Below, one piece after another: positions 58,330 through 64,000 of a stretch of DNA of 64,000 nt. Both the position numbers and the translations under genes were made by a program. The DNA comes from Archangium sp. (GTDB lineage Bacteria; Myxococcota; Myxococcia; Myxococcales; Myxococcaceae). Under the pieces are notes generated by a model. It made no database searches, was not told the DNA's origin, and saw only the letters and a program-made list of their open reading frames with translations. The DNA is taken from NCBI RefSeq assembly GCF_045802675.1, contig NZ_JBJMQO010000130.1:22550-86549 (forward strand), read 5' to 3'. Each line of letters starts with the position of its first letter. Position 1 is the first letter of the stretch.

Positions 58330-60948
58330 TCACTTCTTCGTCAGCGTCTCGAGGGCGTCCTGCGCCTCGTCCTGGCCGCAGTTCTTCGAGCCGAGCAGCG
58401 CCTTCTCCCGGGGCACCCGGGCCAGCTTCTCGAGCGCGGGCACCGCCTGCGCGTCTCCCAGGCCCGCGAGCCGCTTCGCCGAGCGCACCCGGATGCCGCA
58501 ATTCTTCGACTCGAGCGCCCGGGCGTACAGCTTCACCAGGTCGAGCTTGTCGGTGGACTGCACCGCCTCGAGGTAGCGCAGCGCGCCCCACTCCCGGGGA
58601 GAGAACGGCTCGTCCGCCAGCTCCTCGAGGTGCTCCTTCACCTTGTCCTTGGGGAACGAGGACAGCAGCTTGCGCAGCTTCGCGTTCGACTCGTCGTTGC
58701 CGAAGTCCTCGGCCAGCCCGTCGAGCACCGCGGGCTCGAGCGACTCGCGCGCCTCCGCGTCCAGCCCCGTCAGCGCCGAGAGCTCCTCGTCGTGCCGGTC
58801 GAGCTCGTGCAGGGCCCTCGCGCGCGTCTGCCGCACCGGCGCGTCCTTCTTCGCTCCCGCCGGGACCTCCGACAGCCGCTTGAGCGCGTCCGCGGGCTTG
58901 CCCGCCTCCAGCAGCCCGCGCGCCTGGTAGACGGGATCATTGTGGCGCGCCACCTCGTACGACGTGAGGCCCACCACCGCCACCAGCCCCAGGCTCACCC
59001 CCGCGGTGCGGCCCGGGTGCGCGCGCACGAGCCCCACCCCCCGCTCCGCCAGCGAGCGCGCCACCCGCGCCACCGGCTCCCAGGCCGCCCGCAGCACCCG
59101 CACCACCGGGCCCAGCCGCGACTCGAGCGGCTCGCCCAGCGACGGCGTCACCTCGTCCTGGCCTCCGAAGGGCAGGCCCTCCGGGGCGCGGCGGCAACGG
59201 TAGAGATTCAGCGGCTCGCCGTTGAGGGGCGTGGGCACGCTGCCACACGGCTCGGCGTCGCCCTCCACCCGGCTGCGCGCGAGGTTGACGGACTCGGTGA
59301 AAACCACCTCACCGGGCTCGGCCACCTGCTCCACCGCCTTCGTCACCTCCACCGGCTCGCCGAGCACCGCGTCGTGCGAGACGAGCACCTCGCCGGTGTG
59401 GAGGCAGACGCGCACGGGCAGCTGCTCGTCCGGGCCGCACTGCTGGTTGTGCCGCCACAGCCGGTCCTGCATGGCCATGCCGCAGAGCACCGCGTGGGTG
59501 GGCGAGGCGAAGACGGCCAGCAGCGAGTCGCCGCGCTTCTGCACCAGCCGGCCGCCGTAGTTGCGCACCAGGGGCAGCAGCAGCCCGTCGTGCGCCTCCA
59601 GCATGCGCGCGTTCTGCTCGTGCGTCTGGCGCGAGGTGCGCTCGGTGTAGCCCTCCAGGTCGGTGAGCATCACCGTGAGGTTCTGCGCCTTGCTGCCCGA
59701 CAGCGTCCCGCTGCCCACGGGGACGAGCGTGCCCGAGGGCTTGGAGACGAGCACGCCCGTGGTGCCGCGCACCGCCTGGCGCACGGCCAGCGGGGTGGCG
59801 GGGCGGGTGAGGGCGCGCGAGGGCGAGGCGGCGTTGGGGGGCACCACCATGTCCTGCGAGCGCGTGGGCGCGCGCGAGGGCGAGGGGCCCACGGGCTCGG
59901 GCGTGGCCGGCACGGGCGGGCCGAAGGCATGCGTGCCCGGGGCGGGGGACTCGGCGGGCCCGGGCGCGGACTCGGCGAAGGGGGCCGTGCCGCTGCCGGG
60001 CCGCGAGGGCGGCTCGGGGAAGAGGAAGGTGGAGATGCTCGGGCCGGGGGCGGGCGCACCCGAGGCCATGGCCAGGGGGTGGCCCGCCGCCACCTGGGCC
60101 TCGGCGGCGAGGGCGCCGAGCGCATCCACCAGCGCGCTCGCATGCTGCAGCCGGTGGGCGGGGGCCTTCTCCATCAGGCGCATCACCAGCGAGACGAGCG
60201 CGGGATGGGCCGCGAGCGTGGGCGCGGCCTCGATGAGGGGCAGGGGAGAGGCCGCCGCGTGCTGGGCGACGTACTGGGTGGGGCCGGGCCCGGGGAAGGG
60301 CAGCTGGCCGGAGAGGACGCGGTAGGCGAGCACCCCGAAGGAGTACAGGTCGCTGCGCGGGTCCACCGGCGCTCCCACCGCCTGCTCCGGCGAGAGGTAC
60401 TCCGGCGTGCCCACCACCAGCCCCACCTGGCTGAGGTTGCTCATCGCCGCGTCCGGCTCCACCAGCCGGGCGATGCCGAAGTCCAGCAACCGCGCCTGCT
60501 CGCCGCGCAGCCCCTTGGTGAGGAGCACGTTCTCCGGCTTCAGGTCCCGGTGGATGATGCCCTTGTCGTGGATGGCCGCCAGGCCCTCGGCGAGCTGGTA
60601 CAGCAGGGGCAGCGCGCGCGCGGGCGCCAGGGCCCCCTGCTGCAGCACGTCATAGAGGTTCTCGCCCTCCACGTACTCCATCACCAGGCAGGCGCCGACG
60701 CTGGCCTCGCCATAGTCGATGACGTGCACCACGGCGGGGTGCTCCACCGCGGACAGCAGGCGCGCCTCGCGCTTGAAGCGCTCGATCATGCTGGGGTGCA
60801 CCATCAGGTCCGCGTGGAGGACCTTGATGGCGACCTTGCGCCCCAGCGACACCTGCTCACCGAGATACACCTCGCCCATGCCGCCAGAGCCGAGGAGCTG
60901 GAGCACGCGGAAGCGGCCATCGAGGACGAGGGTACCGGTTTCGATCAC
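58330..60948 (-). CDS. pkn2: Transmembrane Ser/Thr kinase with class III cyclase-like domain (Pkn2 orthologue)
   Basis: GSGGMG, HRDLKPEN, DFG, GTPEYLSPE; cyclase-like NLTVMLTD..GD; TM helix. Architecture and sequence match M. xanthus Pkn2 as I recall it. Confidence 0.88.
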   Translation of the reverse strand: MIETGTLVLDGRFRVLQLLGSGGMGEVYLGEQVSLGRKVAIKVLHADLMVHPSMIERFKREARLLSAVEHPAVVHVIDYGEASVGACLVMEYVEGENLYDVLQQGALAPARALPLLYQLAEGLAAIHDKGIIHRDLKPENVLLTKGLRGEQARLLDFGIARLVEPDAAMSNLSQVGLVVGTPEYLSPEQAVGAPVDPRSDLYSFGVLAYRVLSGQLPFPGPGPTQYVAQHAAASPLPLIEAAPTLAAHPALVSLVMRLMEKAPAHRLQHASALVDALGALAAEAQVAAGHPLAMASGAPAPGPSISTFLFPEPPSRPGSGTAPFAESAPGPAESPAPGTHAFGPPVPATPEPVGPSPSRAPTRSQDMVVPPNAASPSRALTRPATPLAVRQAVRGTTGVLVSKPSGTLVPVGSGTLSGSKAQNLTVMLTDLEGYTERTSRQTHEQNARMLEAHDGLLLPLVRNYGGRLVQKRGDSLLAVFASPTHAVLCGMAMQDRLWRHNQQCGPDEQLPVRVCLHTGEVLVSHDAVLGEPVEVTKAVEQVAEPGEVVFTESVNLARSRVEGDAEPCGSVPTPLNGEPLNLYRCRRAPEGLPFGGQDEVTPSLGEPLESRLGPVVRVLRAAWEPVARVARSLAERGVGLVRAHPGRTAGVSLGLVAVVGLTSYEVARHNDPVYQARGLLEAGKPADALKRLSEVPAGAKKDAPVRQTRARALHELDRHDEELSALTGLDAEARESLEPAVLDGLAEDFGNDESNAKLRKLLSSFPKDKVKEHLEELADEPFSPREWGALRYLEAVQSTDKLDLVKLYARALESKNCGIRVRSAKRLAGLGDAQAVPALEKLARVPREKALLGSKNCGQDEAQDALETLTKK

Positions 60949-61274
60949 GAGCGCAGCATCTTCGCCGGAAACGGGTGGCGCGGGCAGTGGCTCCGCGTGA
61001 AGGCGGGCCGCTCCTCTACCCGCCCTCCGGCCAGCGGAACAGCAAAACCCGCGTGCCCCTCCCCGCGCCGCTCGTCGCGTGGACTCTCACTGCATCTGTC
61101 CCGCCGGAGCGGACGAGGGTGTGCGGACGTGTGGGGTGCGCGGGACGTTCGCCAGGAAACAGAGGAAGGGGAGGGCTCACTTCGCCGCTCGGACTCCTGG
61201 CGGGTTCTAATTTCTTTCATTTCTTCCAATCCCAGGCGAATACCAGGAATCATACCTAAATCGGCAAAACCTGT

Positions 61275-61303
61275 TTGACAGGACAGGGCTGGAATCGTAG
61301 GGT
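61275..61303 (+). promoter_or_regulatory. Sigma70-type promoter
   Basis: TTGACA (61275-61280), 17-nt spacer, TAGGGT (61298-61303), preceded by an AT-rich tract. Confidence 0.6.
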
Positions 61304-61406
61304 GGTTGGCGTTGCCGCACGGATGAGCGCGCGACGGTCCCGCGGGGGGCCGTGTCGTGCGGGGGCCGTGGGCTTCTTCCCTCGATTCAACGCTCTGGAG
61401 TCCTTC

Positions 61407-61778
61407 ATGAACCTGAAGAAGAACGCCCTCCTGTTGGGGGCCACGGGATTGCTGTGTGTGCTGCCCGCCTGTGGCGGCGAGCGCGCTGACACGGGCGCCG
61501 TCTCGGACGTCAACGAGGTCGAGCAGGCCATCTACACCGACCACGCCATCGTGACGTGCTCGAGCGCGACGATGTACGGCAACTACTCGACGACGGCGGG
61601 GCCGCAGAACCCCATGCGCGTCCTCTACTACGGCGACAAGGTCGGCATCCGGCAGGACGCGGGCTATCCGTCCTGGGCCGTCATCCTCGACTACGGCCCG
61701 GATGACTGGGGCTACCTGCTGCGCAGCTGCATGACGCGCTGCACGGGTGTGAACGCTCCCATCGCCGGCTGCTTCTGA
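61407..61778 (+). CDS. Small lipoprotein with SH3b-like, Cys-containing domain
   Basis: GGAG RBS; LPAC lipobox; LYYGDKV...W...WGY pattern. Confidence 0.7.
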   Translation: MNLKKNALLLGATGLLCVLPACGGERADTGAVSDVNEVEQAIYTDHAIVTCSSATMYGNYSTTAGPQNPMRVLYYGDKVGIRQDAGYPSWAVILDYGPDDWGYLLRSCMTRCTGVNAPIAGCF

Positions 61779-61807
61779 GCCCCATGTCTTCCACGGAGAA
61801 CACTTCC

Positions 61808-62119
61808 ATGTCCGCTCGTCGGTTCTTCTCCCAGAATCCGCGCACCAACCTCGTGCGCCTCGGCCTGACCGCGCTGTGTGCCGTCGGGGCCTACCAGGCC
61901 TTCCAGGTGCAGAAGGCCTACGCCGCCACGCGCCGCACCGTCTGCGCCCAGGATCTCTACGTCCGCGATGCCCCGGCCGGCATCTTCATCGGCACGCTCT
62001 ACTACGGGCAGTCGATGGATGTGACGAAGTACTCGCCGAGCGGTGAATGGGCGTACGGCTTCGCCTACGGCAACGTCAACAAGTGGGGCTGGGTGCAGAA
62101 CGGTTGGTTCTGCAACTGA
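61808..62119 (+). CDS. Small secreted SH3b-like protein
   Basis: GGAGAA RBS; signal ending AYA; LYVR..P..GTLYYGQ..W..WGWV pattern. Confidence 0.75.
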   Translation: MSARRFFSQNPRTNLVRLGLTALCAVGAYQAFQVQKAYAATRRTVCAQDLYVRDAPAGIFIGTLYYGQSMDVTKYSPSGEWAYGFAYGNVNKWGWVQNGWFCN

Positions 62120-62126
62120 GCTACAC

Positions 62127-62159
62127 CCCGGACACCCACCCGCCCGGTGGGTGTCTGGG
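62127..62159 (+). terminator. Hairpin after the SH3b-like gene pair
   Basis: 14-bp stem CCCGGACACCCACC / GGTGGGTGTCTGGG with one G-U pair and a 5-nt loop. Confidence 0.6.
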
Positions 62160-62190
62160 ATGGGCGGCGGGGGTTGGGTAGAGTCGGCCC

Positions 62191-62799
62191 ATGGCCGAGA
62201 AGCGCCAGCACCGCCGGCTCAAACGCCGTTTGATCGTGAAGTACGGGGAGCGGGACCTGTCCCAGTCCGGATTCACGGCGGACGTGTCTCCGACCGGCGT
62301 GTTCATCGTCGCCTCGGTGATACCCCGGCTGGACACCCGGCTGCATCTCCAGCTCTTCGTGACGCCGGAGCAGTTCCTGTACTTCGAGGGAGAGGTGCGC
62401 CGGCACAAGCTGGTGCCTCTCGAGCTGCGCACCCTGGAGCGCAGCGGTTTCGGGGTGCGGCTGCTCACGCCGAGGGAGCTCATCACCTCGGTGCTGGGCC
62501 AGGAGCTGAACGCGCCGCGCTTCGAGCTCGTCTACGCCACTCGCGTGGCCTTCCAACAGGCGTACGAGCGGGAGCTGCGCATGGGGGCGGCCTTCATCTC
62601 CACCACCCGGCGGATTTCCCTCAACACGGAGGCGCTGCTGAGCCTGGTGCTGGAGTTCGCCGGGAACATCGTGGAGCTGGAGGCGCAGGTGGTCCAGGTG
62701 TTCCCGCCCCAGGAGAGTGCGGACGCCCCCGTGGGCCTGGCGCTCATCTTCAAGGACCGGGCCCGGGCGGAAGCGCTGCTGCGCCCCTGGTTGGGTTGA
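62191..62799 (+). CDS. PilZ domain protein (tandem PilZ-like)
   Basis: EKRQHRR (RxxxR) and DVSPTG (DxSxxG) motifs; second degenerate PilZ-like domain. Confidence 0.85.
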   Translation: MAEKRQHRRLKRRLIVKYGERDLSQSGFTADVSPTGVFIVASVIPRLDTRLHLQLFVTPEQFLYFEGEVRRHKLVPLELRTLERSGFGVRLLTPRELITSVLGQELNAPRFELVYATRVAFQQAYERELRMGAAFISTTRRISLNTEALLSLVLEFAGNIVELEAQVVQVFPPQESADAPVGLALIFKDRARAEALLRPWLG

Positions 62800-62976
62800 G
62801 ACGCACGCCCGAGAGTCCGGCGCGCGGAAGAAGGTGCCGCGGCGGGCACACGCGCCGAGGACATTCCGGGGGCGGGAGCGGGAGCCCCGCCGCCTGCTCT
62901 CCGGGCGGGGGAACAGCAAAAATTTCGAGGGCTTAGCCCACGTGATACCCTCTGGCGCCCCTCAGCAGCCCCCGCG

Positions 62977-64000
62977 ATGGCCACCGATAGCGACAGCCCC
63001 AAGCCCGCGTCCGAAGCGCAAGCCGCCGCCCCCGAGCTGCGCCTGTTGGACAGGCGCGCCTTCGTGGGGTTTCCGCCCCTCGAGCTGGCACCCGGGCTGT
63101 CCATCGCCGACTTCGCGCTGCAGATTCCCGACGTCACCTTCCCCTTCAACGTCAGCGCCGGGGCCTCGCGCTACCAGCGCAAGAAGCTCCTCTTCGGCTT
63201 CCTCGAGCTGCACGTCGACGCGGGGCTGGTGGTGCGCAAGGTGGCGGAGCTCGCCGGGCGCGTGGCGGGCCTCGAGGGGCTGAAGCTGCACTTCCGCCCC
63301 GGTTACCTGGAGGGCCAGGCCTTCCTCCAGGCCCCCGAGCGCACCCCGCTCACCTTCAAGGTGGCCTTCGACGCCGACGGCGAGCGGCTCGTGCTCTACC
63401 TCTACGACGTGCGGCTGTACGGCTTCTCCTCCACGCCCTCGGTGCAGGTGCCGGGCCTGATCGCCGCCACCGTGGCCGAGCTGGGCCTCCTGCCCGACGT
63501 GGAGGTGCGCGGCGCCACCGGCTTCGCCACCCGCGTGCTGCCCGCGCTCTGCCAGAAGGCCGCCGTGAGCCGGGGCTTCAAGATGCCCGTGCTCGACACC
63601 GCGCGCCTGTCCTCCGCCGAGGTGAGCAGCGCGGGCCTGCGTCTGCGTTTCACCGCCGGGGGCCTGCCGCCTCCCGCTCCGCCCGACGAGGAGCTGCTGC
63701 TGGCCCTCGAGGGCGCCCGCGCCTTCGCCGATGCCGAGGCCCTCGTCGCCGCGGGCAAGCTCGCCGAGGCGCGCGATGCGTACCTGCAGGCCGGGGACGC
63801 CCAGGACGCGCACCCCTTCGCCGCCGAGCGCCTGCTGTCGCTCCTCGTGGCGGACCCCCAGGCGCATGACCTGGCCCTGGACGTGGCCTCCACCCTGCTG
63901 CGCCGCCGCGAGAAGAGCCCCGCCGCCCTCTGGGGCGAGGCCGTGGTGCGCGAGCGCCGGGGAGAGCACGCCCGCGCCGCCGAGCGCTACCTCGCGCTGT
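62977..64000 (+). CDS. Large TPR-like protein, 3'-truncated by window edge
   Basis: Frame read from ATG 62977 (MATDSDSPKP...) has no stop to the window end; host-like codon bias; helical repeats near the end. Confidence 0.75.
   Translation, partial: MATDSDSPKPASEAQAAAPELRLLDRRAFVGFPPLELAPGLSIADFALQIPDVTFPFNVSAGASRYQRKKLLFGFLELHVDAGLVVRKVAELAGRVAGLEGLKLHFRPGYLEGQAFLQAPERTPLTFKVAFDADGERLVLYLYDVRLYGFSSTPSVQVPGLIAATVAELGLLPDVEVRGATGFATRVLPALCQKAAVSRGFKMPVLDTARLSSAEVSSAGLRLRFTAGGLPPPAPPDEELLLALEGARAFADAEALVAAGKLAEARDAYLQAGDAQDAHPFAAERLLSLLVADPQAHDLALDVASTLLRRREKSPAALWGEAVVRERRGEHARAAERYLAL

Noticed and set aside
62962-63969. 335-aa minus-strand ORF at the window end
   Set aside because: Shadow of the plus-strand gene starting at 62977, which the ORF track missed because it has no stop in the window.

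Overview
High-GC DNA that reads as a myxobacterial (Myxococcales; Cystobacter/Archangium-like) chromosome. The assignment is inferred from a Pkn2 orthologue, myxobacterial-type lipoproteins and a characteristic CCCTCACCCC-type palindromic repeat. Housekeeping genes (clpP, nth, argC-argB, acyl-CoA ligase, 5'-nucleotidase, pkn2) are interleaved with accessory loci. (1) A complete retron locus at 20002-27998: WGR/beta-propeller, WGR/HEAT-repeat and SWIM zinc-finger genes, then a ~250-nt msr-msd RNA whose a1/a2 inverted repeats and long msd hairpin are directly readable, then a retron RT (NAxxH, YADD, VTG). This matches the type XIII retron architecture, and a lower-GC PD-(D/E)XK nuclease/lipoprotein islet lies immediately upstream. 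(2) A compositionally atypical ~10-kb island at 34334-44619: an NLR-like STAND NTPase-TPR protein with an N-terminal flavin-oxidoreductase domain, divergent from a 1757-aa four-glycosyltransferase/kinase-like/methyltransferase protein coupled to a LOG/SLOG gene. The hairpin-rich spacer between them contains a degenerate tRNA-Glu-like relic. (3) A translationally coupled Hsp70 / J-like / membrane-protein operon. I saw no CRISPR array, rRNA, intact tRNA, transposase or integrase. All family calls are from motif reading and memory; no searches were run.
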